The notes under the pieces were generated by a model, which saw only the letters and a program-made list of their open reading frames with translations, was not told the origin of the DNA and searched no databases. The translations under genes were made by a program, and so were the position numbers. 64,000 nucleotides of DNA from Amphiscolops sp. MND2022 (taxonomy: Eukaryota): positions 19,096,001 to 19,160,000 of the forward strand of contig OZ076409.1 of assembly GCA_964187785.1 (NCBI GenBank), given 5' to 3'. Shown here piece by piece: positions 1-11,104 of the stretch; position 1 is the stretch's first letter, and every line of letters starts with the position of its first letter.

Positions 1-1410
1 CTAAAGATACAGAGAAGAAATGAAGAGATTGCTGAACCTAAACGGTTTGATATCAACAAAATCGAAAGATTCGGAAGAACTCTGCAGAAAAAGCTCAAAC
101 GTTGAGTTATTGGAATGCAGCTGTCGAACACGGTAAGGCTGTCAAAGAAATTGATGAATACCTAGCTAGCATTGTTGACAACAACCAGAGTTACTGTTAC
201 GACGAACAGATGCCATAAACAGGCTAGAACGGCTCATCAAAGCAGTCGAAAAAGCAATCAAATCCAAGTACCAACCGTAGATACCCGAGATGTTCTCAGC
301 CGTAAACAAAGCAAAGTAGAGCCAATTGGTTGAGTTGCAGCAAGAAAACCCTAGCATTGGAAGGGTGAAAAAGCTCATGTCAGCGATGCGTGACGAAAAT
401 CAAATACTAAACTATTTGGATCTTGAAAAAAGAAACGTGCTTTTGATGAAAAAATGGTTAGCAACAAAAAGTTGCAGTATGATTCATTCGCAAATGGCAA
501 AGACGTCATAGACGAAGATTATTTTGCAGTATGTCAAGAATTGCTCCAGAAAGAGATCGATATCAAAACAAAAATTGAAGCTCTGCTGAAGTCAGGAGAC
601 AAGGGAGCCATTTTGCGAAGTCTTGAAGACGCTGAGCAAAGACTAGCAGACGCTCGTGCAAACTCCGCAGCAGACAAAATCAGTAAAAACGGAACCACAC
701 CACAAAAGGAACCGGAACCAGGCGACGAGCAAAAAGAATTTGATGCTTACAACGCAGATGAAAACCGGGCCAAGAAATGGGGATAGATCACTGCAAACAG
801 AAGAATTGGGCATACCTTCGCAAGGTGACAAAACCAAAAGCAACAAATTTTCTGTGTTCTCGAAAACATCAAGTGTGAGACGAATTCTTGGAGCTAAAAG
901 CTTTGAACGAGCAAGAATTACTGCAAACCCGCCTAGACAAACTGAATCTTGAAGCAAAGGCAATTGAGATAGCTGGCTTGCAAAGGGAGATAGCCCGCAA
1001 AGCCAGAATAGCTGAAAAGGAAATAGAAAGGGCGAAAGTTTGGAGTAGTTGTGGGCCGAGCTTCGGAAGTATCTCAACGGTTGAGTCACCAGACGCCAAT
1101 CTGACGAAAGTCTCGGGATGGATTGTCAAGACAGAAGAAGGTGGATACCTGGCACAGTCCGTCAACGTGCCATCAGTATACCAGCAAACGTCCGTCACAG
1201 CACCAGTGATTACAGTACGATGGATGCATGGAGGACAATGCACCGCGCAAGTGAGGGACTTAGAACCCTCAGTGAAGCCGACAATATCCACACAAGTCGC
1301 TAATCGAGGTTTTGGAAATGACAGAACAAAGACTCTCGTAGGTGCTGGAAATCAAAGGGGAACAGCACAACCAGAAGTAAATTTCGCCACATCGAAACCG
1401 TCAATAACCC

Positions 1411-2421
1411 GTGTCGCAGGCCAAAGTTGGTTACCGCCTACGAATGGAGGAAGCCCAAGCAGTGTATTTGATGTACCTTAATTCGCGAACACCAGAAGCA
1501 CCATTTGCAAGTCAAGGGACAAACACAGCGTCAAATTCAAGAGACGACTACTTCATCAGATCTAGCTTGCCAAAACTGAAGCTGGTAGAGTTTTCCGGTA
1601 ACCCTTTAGAATGGCCAGAGTGGTCACAACTATTCCAAGCAACCGTCCACGCAGCGAACATGGACGAGCGTGTAATGATGAATCACCTGAAAACCATGGT
1701 CACAGGCAAATCCAAGGAGGCGATTGCTGGCTTGGGATACTCCGCTGAGATGTACAATGTGGCATGGAACGTTTTAGTTCGAACTTGTGGAAAACCTCAA
1801 ATGGTTGTGAATGCCCAACTGAAGAAATTATACTCCTTTCCACCTGTGAAATTTTATGACGGAGCCGCATTGATCAAGTATGCGAGATTAAACCCGAGTT
1901 GCGTGAATGTTCTGACACAATTTAACTATGTGGGAGACCTTAACACAGAGGGAAATCTGAGCAGCGCCACGAAAAAGTTAACTTTGGACCTGAAAACGAA
2001 GTGGCTCACCTATGTCAAGCAAATGAACCTGTACCAAGCTGGACACACTGTGTTCAGTGAGTGGCTCAATGATATAGCAGATGTTCAGGATGAAATGCTT
2101 TTGACTTCAAACCCTAATGCTGATCGCGCGAAGTCGAGCTACAAAGAAAAGGCAAAAGGCTCCACGTTTGAAACACCAGCAAAAAACACAGCGAGTGATA
2201 ATTCGAAGCCCCAGCGAGAGTGTGCGCTGAAAGACGGCAAACATCCGATATCGCAATGTGAGAAATTCAAGAAGATGAATGTCGAAGAAAGAGGACGAAC
2301 AGCGAAAAAACTGAAACTGTGCTTCAAATGTTGGTCAGACGCACATCTGATGGGAAATTGCTCTGGCAGACTTTGCGACGTCAATGGTTGCGGAAAACCT
2401 CATCACAGATTGCAACACTGA
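1411..2421 (+). pseudogene. BEL/Pao gag (DUF1759-like core plus CxxC/CCHC knuckles)
   Basis: LPKLKLVEFSGNPLEWPEWSQLF, HLKTMVTGKSKEAI and CFKCWSDAHLMGNC..CDVNGCGKPHHRLQH. Paralogous to the gag at 30920. Confidence 0.85.
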
Positions 2422-2433
2422 CCATACAGAAAA

Positions 2434-2814
2434 ATGGAACAGAAGAAAAATGTTGAAAATGTCGATGAGGTCTCTCATCTGTCCTCAATGAGAAGCAGTG
2501 GTGTGCTTCCAGTCATTACAGTAATGATAGGGAGTGGAAGCAAAACTCAAAAAACGTTCGCGTTGTGCGACTCTGGAGCTAGTGTGTTGTTTCTTGACGA
2601 GAGTCTGATGATAACGCTAAATCTGACGGGATACCCAGCAGGGATTCAAGGAACATCAGATTTTAGTAGCAAACTACTTCGAGTCAAGATTGGAAATCAA
2701 GACGGAAAGGTCAAGGAAGACATCAGCGCCTATAATCATCCCAACGTGAATGCAGGAAATCGAACGTACACCCTCGAGAAACAGAAGGGAACAACCCTCA
2801 CCTGTCAGTTTTGA
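2434..2814 (+). pseudogene. BEL/Pao aspartic protease remnant
   Basis: TFALCDSGAS catalytic motif directly after gag. Confidence 0.75.
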
Positions 2815-3744
2815 AAGACTCTACCGTCAACTTGAAAGATTTCAAATTCATCTTGGGCCAATATTGTTAACACTTCACAGACACACAGAACATAGAAAAT
2901 GTGAAAACGCAAAGCCGCGGGCAGTGCGAACGAAGCTGGGATGATGGATGATCGGTGGATCCTTGCCTCAACAAATGACTGCAAAACTCGCAACTGAAAG
3001 CGTAGTTTTTGCAGAAGTAGATCCATTGGCGGATCAAGTGAAGACTCGGTGGAGCTTCCAACTGCAGCGTATCCGAGACGTCCAAGTAAAAGACGGACAA
3101 CTCACCAGACGTATTCGTTGTAGAAAGCAACTGGCAGGGAGTCAGCACCAAAACTCTCCTCGTGGAAATTAAACAAGTATGGCATGAAGAAATGCACCTT
3201 GTTACGGTTGACCATAATTTTGTCAAGAAATTAGTGTAACGCTTTGTTTGCTGAGAGAGAGTGTAGATGTCGCCTCTGCGCAACAGCCTGTTGAAAAAGA
3301 AGTATTCAACTCAACTGCAAGCAGTGAGTGTTACTGTCAACACTCTAATACTTGAGGAGGGCAGAAAGTGTTCTCATTTGGACAGAGATATTGGATTCGT
3401 GAATGAGTGCCAAATGGAACTTCATGAAGTTCCAAATGGCATAGCGATATATCGAAGACCCTTCAGTGGTTTGTTAGAACAAGACCAGCCGACCAAAGAC
3501 AAAACAAGTAGTGAAACAAGAGCCATAGATGTGTCATTTGGGAGAAAACCCGATTTTGAGATGAAAGAAAAATTGCATGACAAAATCCTTCCAAACGATA
3601 GTGCAAATTGTTAATTGGTTAGGTAATGGAAACTCAGGAATGGATGCAGCGGCACAAGTTAACTTAGCTCAAACCTATTACCTAGACTGGAGGAAAGAGT
3701 TCAATTGAATCCGAATGGCATCCTATGTGCAGAGATTTTAACAG

Positions 3745-4224
3745 GTGAAGTTGCAGACGAAATATCACTGCTGGGAGCGCAAATGGGTTCCTTCAAAAGC
3801 ACGAACAACAACAAGTTTCGAATATGGGCCTTGCTTATGGCCGGCCGCATCATTGGAAGCAATGATGATGCAACTTGAATCTTTTGGAAAATGGAACAGA
3901 GAAGAAGTTAGACAACTCGAAGTCAATGATTTGGTTTGGATTGTGGATGAGAATGTGAGAAGAGCTCTCTACAAGATGGCTAGAGTTTTGAAAGTCTATC
4001 ATGAAAGCGATGGGCGAATGATATCAGCGCTGCTGAAAACTGAAGATGAAAAACTCAGAAAACCAGTAGTAAAACTGGCACCCATGTTTTTTGAAAGTTT
4101 TTTTCGGAGAAAAACAGGGCTGGCATTGTTGGCGCCAGTCAATTGCAAGCTCAAAAACTCAGATTCGAAAGTGACTGACGAAACTTATTACTCAAAACAC
4201 TTAGAAACTTTATCAAAATTTTAG
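3745..4224 (+). pseudogene. BEL/Pao integrase C-terminal (DUF5641-like) remnant
   Basis: LEVNDLVWIVDENVRRALYKMARVLKVY..DGRMISALLKT....RKPVVKLAPM, which matches the end of the pol at 35477-37297. Confidence 0.8.
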
Positions 4225-4275
4225 TTGGAAATTTACAAGTTTCAGCAGAAATAGGCCTGAGTCAAAAAGGCCACA
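4127..4275 (+). repeat. Probable short 3' LTR of the decayed BEL/Pao element
   Basis: Begins TGTTGG after a purine-rich/gggc tract and ends GGCCACA. The partner LTR is not in the window, so this is unconfirmed. Confidence 0.4.
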
Positions 4276-4619
4276 CCCCTTTTTTTCAGAAGCACTCGCT
4301 CAGTCACCCTGAAACTTGGCAAAATGACCTGGGTCAGGCTCCATGAAAACCCAATTTTGATGGACCAATTATCTTGTGATTTTCTCAAATGACCTTGAAC
4401 GAAAAGTAACTCTGTTGAAATTATGATACTTACATTGAGTAAAAATAACTTCTAGCCCATCTAACCAACATGCGAAAACCACCACTTTGTTCGTTTACTT
4501 AGCCAATACCTTCATATTATGACTTAAATGTCAATCATTCATACAACATATTTTGATGAATATTTACTGTAGAATTGTACACGATATGTATACCATTATT
4601 AGATAGAGATTTTCTCCAC

Positions 4620-5191
4620 TTAATAGCTATAGTCAATTTGGGTCTCAGGACCGCGAGACTAATTAACTTTTCACATCTTTACATTTTTTCGCTAGATTCA
4701 GAGCGAACATGTAGCTACTCTCATAGTTGGAGTCCTGGAGCATGTAAAGATACAGAGCGGGAAGTATGTGCGTCGATTTCTGCTTCCTGCAATCTTTTCC
4801 CGGCTTCTCTTGTTTGGCCTTGACGACGCAAATATAGTCCTTTGTGACTGCATCATATCTTCTCCGCATCGTTTCCGGTCTAGCAAGCGTTTCTCTCCCC
4901 TTTGCCAGTCTCCTGGTCTCCGGGCTTTCATTTCTTCTTCGAATAATTTTCATTATCTCCCGGAAGGCTCCCCATTGATTTACATTTTCTTGGTTCGTTT
5001 CGTTGTCAGTGATGGCGATGTTTGAATTTGAACTGATTTTCGCGGTGCTAATATCGGACTACCTGGATGTAGTATTCTCTTCTGCGATGATATTGTTCAC
5101 GTGGTTTTTGTTCTGGAATGTTTTCTTTGATTGTGTTTGGTTCTTCTTTTGCTCAATTTCAATCCGGTTCTCCCTTCGTTCCTTTTCGCAT
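4620..5191 (-). pseudogene. Distal (post-RNase H) remnant of the Gypsy element at 22126-25084, separated from it by the giant DNA transposon
   Basis: Frameshifted IMKIIRRRNESPETRRLAKGRETLARPETMRRRYD..QRTIFASSRPNKRSREKIA segment, recognised from memory of related Gypsy families. It becomes contiguous with the 22126 flank when 5194-22123 and one TA are removed. Confidence 0.6.
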
Positions 5192-5221
5192 TACAGTGCC
5201 AAAAGTGGGTATTTTGATTAT

Positions 5222-5510
5222 TTGCAGTGGATTTCGCTGGACGGCAGTTTTGGAAAGCGTGCAGCGTAATCCACTAACAAATGCTATTACGTTGCAGTCG
5301 ATTCCACTCTTTTGGCGATTTTTCTGCAGCGAATTTCGCTGCAAATCATTGGATTCCACTATCAAATACCTTAAACATTCGGATCTTGCAGTGGATTCCA
5401 CAAAACACTGCCGTGGATTCCACTGAACGCTGCAGTGGACTCCACCGATGGCCGCAGTGGAATCCACTATCAGCTGCAGTGGACTCCACTGCAGTGTTTT
5501 AGTGGAATTC
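5222..5510. repeat. Left subterminal array of the palindromic motif (G)CAGTGGAWTCCAC(TG)
   Basis: About ten exact or degenerate copies, e.g. gcagtggattccac, gccgtggattccactg, gcagtggactccac, gcagtggaatccact. Confidence 0.85.
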
Positions 5511-5830
5511 ACTGAATTATTTCACCTAATTATTTCCACTGCAGTATTTAGTGGAATTCACTGAATTATTTCACTGAATTATTTCACTGAATGATTTCAC
5601 TGAATTATTTCACTGAATTATTTCACCTAATTATTTCACTGAATTATTTCAATACCAACTCACACTGCAGTGTTTTAGTGGAATTCACTGAATTATTTCA
5701 CCTAATTATTTCCACTGCAGTATTTAGTGGAATTCACTGACTTATTTCACTGAATTATTTCACTGAATTATTTCACTGAATTATTTCACTGAATTATTTC
5801 ACCTAATTATTTCACTGAATTATTTCAATA
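5497..5830. repeat. 13-bp minisatellite (TTTCACTGAATTA)n within a ~176-bp higher-order duplication
   Basis: Repeated tttcactgaatta units. The block cactgcagtgttttagtggaattcactg occurs at ~5488 and ~5663. Confidence 0.9.
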
Positions 5831-6556
5831 CCAACTCACAAAAACTATCAACCATCGAAAAAAAGTGGAGTTCATGTACTTCAGTGCCCTTCCTTCACGA
5901 GTTCAGTTTTGAAATGAGAAACTTTTTCAGAATCAGCAAGTGTCACAAAAAGAAGGATTCAGAATTTCTTCTTTTGACAAATTATTCCCAGTGAGTTTTT
6001 ACCGCAATCACGCAACGTTTTACCGCTTTAGTTTGACTGTTATTTTTTCATACTTTGATTGAATCATAGTGGGCATCAAAATTTCACACACAGTTCCTGC
6101 TAGTTACCTAGTTATACACACATACCTTTAGGTATAACTAGCTTTCATTTTTCATTTACCTCATGGTGGATACCAAAATTTGCTTCCGGAAAACTCACTT
6201 CAAGCATACTGCTGACTGCAACGGAGACCTTATCAATTCTACATCAAATTCCACACACAGCTCTTTCGTGTATTTTAGGTACAACTAGTTCCCATTTTTC
6301 AAATACCTCAAGGCGGATACCAAAATTTCAAAATGAATTACAAGCCGAATGATGAATGGAAATCTAAATTCGAGTGAAGAAGACGTTGCAAGGGAAAATG
6401 TAATTTACGGTGTTTTGTTTCGATATTACGAAAAACAAACATTTGTACTTGTAGCAATCAGTGTTTACATACAAGTGAAATTATAACGAAAGTAGTGAAA
6501 AATTGAATACACAACAAAGAAAAGTGTTTTGTAAACGGAGTTTTCTGACGATTCCA

Positions 6557-7274
6557 TCAGTCAAACATCGGTTGAGAATCTTCATGGAAAAGTTGATTGG
6601 CAATGGGGTCATTGTAATCAAAACGGAGCTGCTCAAATGGTAGAATATCACGTGTAGCTCGGAACACTACAATCTTTTTGCCATTTTGAAACAATTCGAT
6701 CACTGTTGGCTTCATATTGGCGCCGTTTGATTTCAACTGCAAGACGTCCAGGGCAGCGAATATTTGGGTGAAGGGGGCAAATCTCTTTGGAGGCATCAAT
6801 TATTCTTCTAGAGGCGCCACTTTTAACCTCCAGAACAAACTCTTGCTCCACACCTTCTTTCCCGAGGACTTGGCTCAATGACATGTTTAAATACACCTCG
6901 CCATGGTAATCCATCAAAATGTCGTCCTTTGAAAATTTCTGTGTGGCAATCACACATCTCCCAAATTTTGACATTTTGGCCAAACAGATTCCAGGCCACA
7001 GCTGCGTCTCACATCGTTGCGACAACAAAATTTGTTCTTCATATGGTAAATTATGAGCAAGTCCAGCATACCGAATTCCACTGCTCTCATGTACCTGCGA
7101 AGATTTTCTAATTGACTGGTTGTTAGAGAGAATCAATAACTGCGCTGTCACTTTTTTCACGTCCTGGTTTTTATCCTCCAGCGAAGTCCACTTTTGTCGC
7201 TGAAAAAATGCCGCCACTCTTGACTCAAGACAGTTAATAGCAACTTTCCCAGAAACGTGTTCAAAGTATAGCAA
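6557..7274 (-). pseudogene. SET-domain lysine methyltransferase (PR-Set7/SETD8-like), frameshifted
   Basis: FGRCVIATQKFSKDDILMDYHGEV...EFVLEV...RIIDAS...CPGRLA [frameshift] LKSNGANMKPTVIELFQNGKKIVVFRATRDILPFEQLRFDYND. The conserved NH(S) after GRLA is missing at the frameshift (~6735). Confidence 0.8.
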
Positions 7275-8532
7275 GGCCCTGGCTGACTGACTGGCGAGTG
7301 TACCTTTGCTGGTCTTGGCGGGCGCGAACAGCGTTTCTCACATCGTCTTTGTCGAAACCTTCAACATTCGAAAGAACCAAATTCACTGCATGTTTCAGCT
7401 TGGTGATTTTGAAGCATGGGTCATTGGAAAGGGGCATCAGTTCCGCGACTTTACCTTTCAATGTATATTGATCTTTTGTTTCTGCTTTTTTGCTTGAAAT
7501 GAAAAGATCTACAACAGATTTAACGCGGAAGTCCGTTTTACCAATTGAATTCACAAAGAATAACTCTGTATTAATTGGACGTTTGTCGGCCTTTTCGTAT
7601 CGAACAATGGCTAACTTGGTGTGATTGGTAACAAAAAACGGCCGAATTTGTGTAAAATATACTTTCAATGCTTCAACAAGACTTCCGGATACTTTGTGAA
7701 TTGTTCGTTCCGATGATCCAATTGTGTGTTCCACACAGAGATTGAAGGCGTCGCTCAGTGAATCTTCTTCGTGATCCATCACGATTTGCACAACTGAGTG
7801 TACCGAGACATTCCGGATGGAACTTTCAAGCATAGGTGGTACCGCATACATGAACAGGGTTGTAATTATGCATCGAAAGAGTTCCAACTTAGCTTTTTGT
7901 ACTAGTCCCACATTTTCTTTCGATGCCTGGACATGTTTAGCCAACGTTCTTTCGTACATGTTGTTGTCAAAGTGAGTAACTTTCGCACATTTGGATTGAC
8001 TGTTACTTGAATTATCCTCACTGCACTGGGAGTCAAATGGACGCTTCCCGGGTGGCTCATTGAGCTGGGGTGGCACACTGGTCACGGGCACATTGCTCTG
8101 GGGTGGCAAGTTCTGGTGAGGCAGTGAATTCTGTGACGGGGGGTCCTGTTGTAGTGGGTTCTCAGGCGGCAAAGGAATTTGGGTCAGATTGTGAGCATTC
8201 TGCAGTAATTGTTCTAGATCTTCTGTGGGCGTATGTTCAATCAAGTGCTCGATCCCATCAGAGTTCATCATTCTAGTTGCACTGAAGAAACCCTCCTCGG
8301 GGGCCGTTGGAATTGGCGAATAAGATGGCGGACAAAACATGGATGCATTACTGAGGAAATCTGGCGGCACATTCCAGTCGGTAGATCGTCGATGTAACTG
8401 TTGCACAGGTGTAGAAGTCTGGGATGGACACAAGCGTGTTGATTCTAGATTTGAAATTTTGTCAGGCATGGTAGAAGTATTCATGAAACTAGGAGAACAA
8501 ATCTTGACAGTGGATTTCGCTGAATGAATCAA
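7261..8532 (-). CDS. Pro/Gln-rich N-terminus plus a divergent, probably inactive tyrosine-recombinase-like domain; likely originally fused to the downstream SET domain
   Basis: Pattern SIRNVSV...LCVEHTIG...KVSGSLVEALKVYFTQIRPFF...LFFVNSIGK...KITKLKHAV resembles eukaryotic (Crypton-like) YR folds. Catalytic R/K/R positions appear substituted. Its stop overlaps the SET ORF in another frame. Confidence 0.5.
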   Translation of the reverse strand: MIHSAKSTVKICSPSFMNTSTMPDKISNLESTRLCPSQTSTPVQQLHRRSTDWNVPPDFLSNASMFCPPSYSPIPTAPEEGFFSATRMMNSDGIEHLIEHTPTEDLEQLLQNAHNLTQIPLPPENPLQQDPPSQNSLPHQNLPPQSNVPVTSVPPQLNEPPGKRPFDSQCSEDNSSNSQSKCAKVTHFDNNMYERTLAKHVQASKENVGLVQKAKLELFRCIITTLFMYAVPPMLESSIRNVSVHSVVQIVMDHEEDSLSDAFNLCVEHTIGSSERTIHKVSGSLVEALKVYFTQIRPFFVTNHTKLAIVRYEKADKRPINTELFFVNSIGKTDFRVKSVVDLFISSKKAETKDQYTLKGKVAELMPLSNDPCFKITKLKHAVNLVLSNVEGFDKDDVRNAVRARQDQQRYTRQSVSQGLAIL

Positions 8533-8929
8533 AATTATGATGTAAAAAGAAATGACAATTTTGAAATTATTTTTTTCGATAAAGCGTCGTTTTCATAATT
8601 AGTAGAGACTCAATTTCACCCATTGCACTTCACAGTGACTAAATTAATTATTTCAACCAGTAAGTGTTATCAGGTTTATTACGGTGGTTGAGTCCTTTCG
8701 GGACTCAAATGCCTATTCAAATATATTAACACTCACGAGATGAGTTTAAAAACTAATTGCTAGTAATAAATTCTTTTATTGAGCGCTCAAAACGGAATGA
8801 CACCTTCTTTTAGGATCATCACCGTAAAATTACCCTCTTTTTCGCGCAGTTTATGTGTTGACACCTGGTAATCACTTTGCACAATTTTGAACAGTTTATT
8901 CTCAGAGTAAGCTCAAGTATTTCTTTCTG

Positions 8930-9574
8930 TTGAAGTCAACTTTAATCTCCACTACAATGCTTCTGCAAACTTTTAAATTAAATGAAATTGTCCAAATCCT
9001 CGACCCTGAAACCTATATTTGGGAGTCTGCGAAGATAATAGCGTTCATAAGTGATTGGTCTCTGAAAATCCAATGGATCGACTGGAACAATCGTCTGCAG
9101 AAAATTGAAATTCCCCTAGATTTGCGTCCTGACCCAAACAGGTGGAACATTAGAAAAGCACGACATTCGCAACCAGTCATGTCGAAAAAGCGTTCTAAAC
9201 CCCTGTCGTATAACCCAAACCGACTGCAAAAAAACGAGCCTGTGACATTCTGGCTACCCGATTGTGAGTGTGTGAAGCATTGTTTTATTGATTCCCATGG
9301 AAAAATCAAAACGGGAACCATTTCGACGAATGACCCATTTAGCCATGAGTGTGTCGTGGAGATGGACAAAATGTTAAGATTTATCCCCTATTGCTATTTG
9401 AAGAACTCAGTGGAAGATACCCATGTTCACGATGAGAAAGCAGAAGACGACGAGGAAGCTGAAGAGACGAGGCAGGAACATCGGGAAGAACCAAAACAGA
9501 AAAGACCTAAAACACAAATACCAGAAATAGACTTTTCAGCATTGATACCGCAAACCGATGTTGGTGTCAAATAA
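8930..9574 (+). CDS. Hypothetical protein with possible tandem Tudor/Agenet-like beta-barrels and an acidic/basic tail
   Basis: FKLNEIVQILDPETYIWESAKIIAFISDWSLKIQWIDW is a Tudor-like pattern (W..A.I.....+.V.W..W). A second similar unit follows. Pattern recognition only. Confidence 0.4.
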   Translation: MKSTLISTTMLLQTFKLNEIVQILDPETYIWESAKIIAFISDWSLKIQWIDWNNRLQKIEIPLDLRPDPNRWNIRKARHSQPVMSKKRSKPLSYNPNRLQKNEPVTFWLPDCECVKHCFIDSHGKIKTGTISTNDPFSHECVVEMDKMLRFIPYCYLKNSVEDTHVHDEKAEDDEEAEETRQEHREEPKQKRPKTQIPEIDFSALIPQTDVGVK

Positions 9575-9625
9575 AGCTATGTACCATGTGTCAATGGAAT
9601 TTGTCAAAAAGGATCCATTATTACT

Positions 9626-10270
9626 TTGTCTGGAATGGAATTCAAAGTGGAGGATTTGTACTACAGTGCACAGAAGTTGAAACCATTTGCAATAATGGTA
9701 TCCATGGACGACGAAGACTGCGAACTTAGGATGCCAGTAAACAATTGTTCGTTAAAGATCTCGGACTATTTAAAAAACGTGGAAATCAATTATTTCACTC
9801 TTGATAATGATGTTGATAGAACGTTTGCAGTCTTTTCTGCAATTAAGAGATGTGTTGGTTTGTCGTTCAAGAAGTCATCAACTGTGACAAACATGGTACC
9901 TGCAACAGAGCTCACAAAACGTGTCTGTGGGTTCAAGTCGGACTCAAGCAGAGAAAACGTGAAATTTTCAATAGAAGTTGAAACGGGAAACTTGGGAAGC
10001 TACAACAGCTTAGATTTTATATTGGGCCAGAACTGGGACATCATTCCAGATACGCTTGAAGATGAGCCTGCAACATTGATCAAGACTTTGAAATTCACGG
10101 AACATCGCGACTTTATGATGTTCTCACTCAGGTGCCACATAACTACAACTGAAGGCCACTACAAAAAAATGGAGACCATCGACAAAGCTTCAGGCAAAAC
10201 ATTCAACATGCGCACATTGAATACTTTGTTGACCAATAGGGGTAGTAATTTTGGTATCCACCGTGAGTAA
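9626..10270 (+). CDS. Hypothetical protein (cargo, unknown; possibly the second part of the 8930 gene)
   Basis: 214-codon open frame with protein-like composition, 52 bp downstream of the 8930-9574 ORF and followed by an AT-rich region with AATAAA. Confidence 0.4.
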   Translation: MSGMEFKVEDLYYSAQKLKPFAIMVSMDDEDCELRMPVNNCSLKISDYLKNVEINYFTLDNDVDRTFAVFSAIKRCVGLSFKKSSTVTNMVPATELTKRVCGFKSDSSRENVKFSIEVETGNLGSYNSLDFILGQNWDIIPDTLEDEPATLIKTLKFTEHRDFMMFSLRCHITTTEGHYKKMETIDKASGKTFNMRTLNTLLTNRGSNFGIHRE

Positions 10271-10589
10271 ATGTGCAAATACATCTTCAAAAATCGTCTG
10301 TTTTGTTATCCTAAATAAATTCAATGGTATTTTTGTTGGTATTGCACTGATAAAATTCTTTTTCTTAATTCGATTGTTACAGTAATATTGTCCTTGTTAC
10401 AATAAATGATGTCAAAAAACTTTTTTCACTTGCGACTACTTTCTTGAAAAATTCTCCCCAGTAGATAATTTCAAATTGTTATTCAGAACTGTTCCCGATA
10501 CGTAATAATGCTTTGTTACTTTGGTTTTTGCACATTCAGATTTTTGGTACAAACGTTCTACTAAACCTAAATGCATCTAGCCTGAAACA

Positions 10590-11050
10590 GTAAGTGGATT
10601 TGACTAACGTATAGCAATACATTGACAGTGGATTCCACAAACAAATGCTTAAACATTTGCAAACCAATACAAAAGGGGTACATTCAGTAAAGCATTAGTT
10701 CTAAATAGACTCAAATTTCTATTGCAGTGGATTCCACTATTCTGGTAAGTGTTCTTCATCCTGCGAAAAGCGATATGCGGAATTGACTAACATATACCAA
10801 TACATTGACAGTGGATTCCACAAACAAATGCTTAAACATTTGCAAACCAATCCAAAAGGGGTATATTCAGTAAATTATCAGTTCTAAATAGACTCAAGTT
10901 TCTATTGTAGTGGATTCCATTATTCTGGAAAAAATTCTTCATCCTGCGAAAAGCGATATGCGGAATCGACAGACGTATTTCAATACATTAAAAATGAGTT
11001 CTACAAACTAATGCTCGAACATTTGCAAATCAATATAAAGGAGTAAATTC
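10590..11050 (+). repeat. 183-bp tandem array (~2.5 units) containing CAGTGGATTCCAC motifs
   Basis: attgacagtggattccacaaacaaatgc recurs at 10621 and 10804. It is the reverse complement of the 16454-17220 array. Confidence 0.9.
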
Positions 11051-11104
11051 TAAACTAAATTCTGTTCAATTCTAAACTAAAAAGTTTGATAAAAAAACAA
11101 TAAA

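Larger units (their letters stand above)
1..4275 (+). mobile_element. Decayed BEL/Pao LTR retrotransposon (5' end outside the window, most of RT/RNase H deleted)
   Basis: Ordered fragments: gag-like coiled coil (454-786), DUF1759-type gag with Cys/His knuckles (1411-2421), protease LCDSGA (2434-2814), RT remnants (~3000-3600) and an integrase C-terminal DUF5641-like segment (3745-4224). Many stops and frameshifts. Confidence 0.85.

Noticed and set aside
4400-4620. 3' LTR of the split Gypsy element
   Set aside because: No sequence matching the 24890-25084 LTR is visible. It is probably deleted.
5187-5200. TACAGTG/CACAGT near the termini as RAG recombination signal heptamers
   Set aside because: The match depends on including the TA target duplication, and no nonamer at 12/23 spacing was found.
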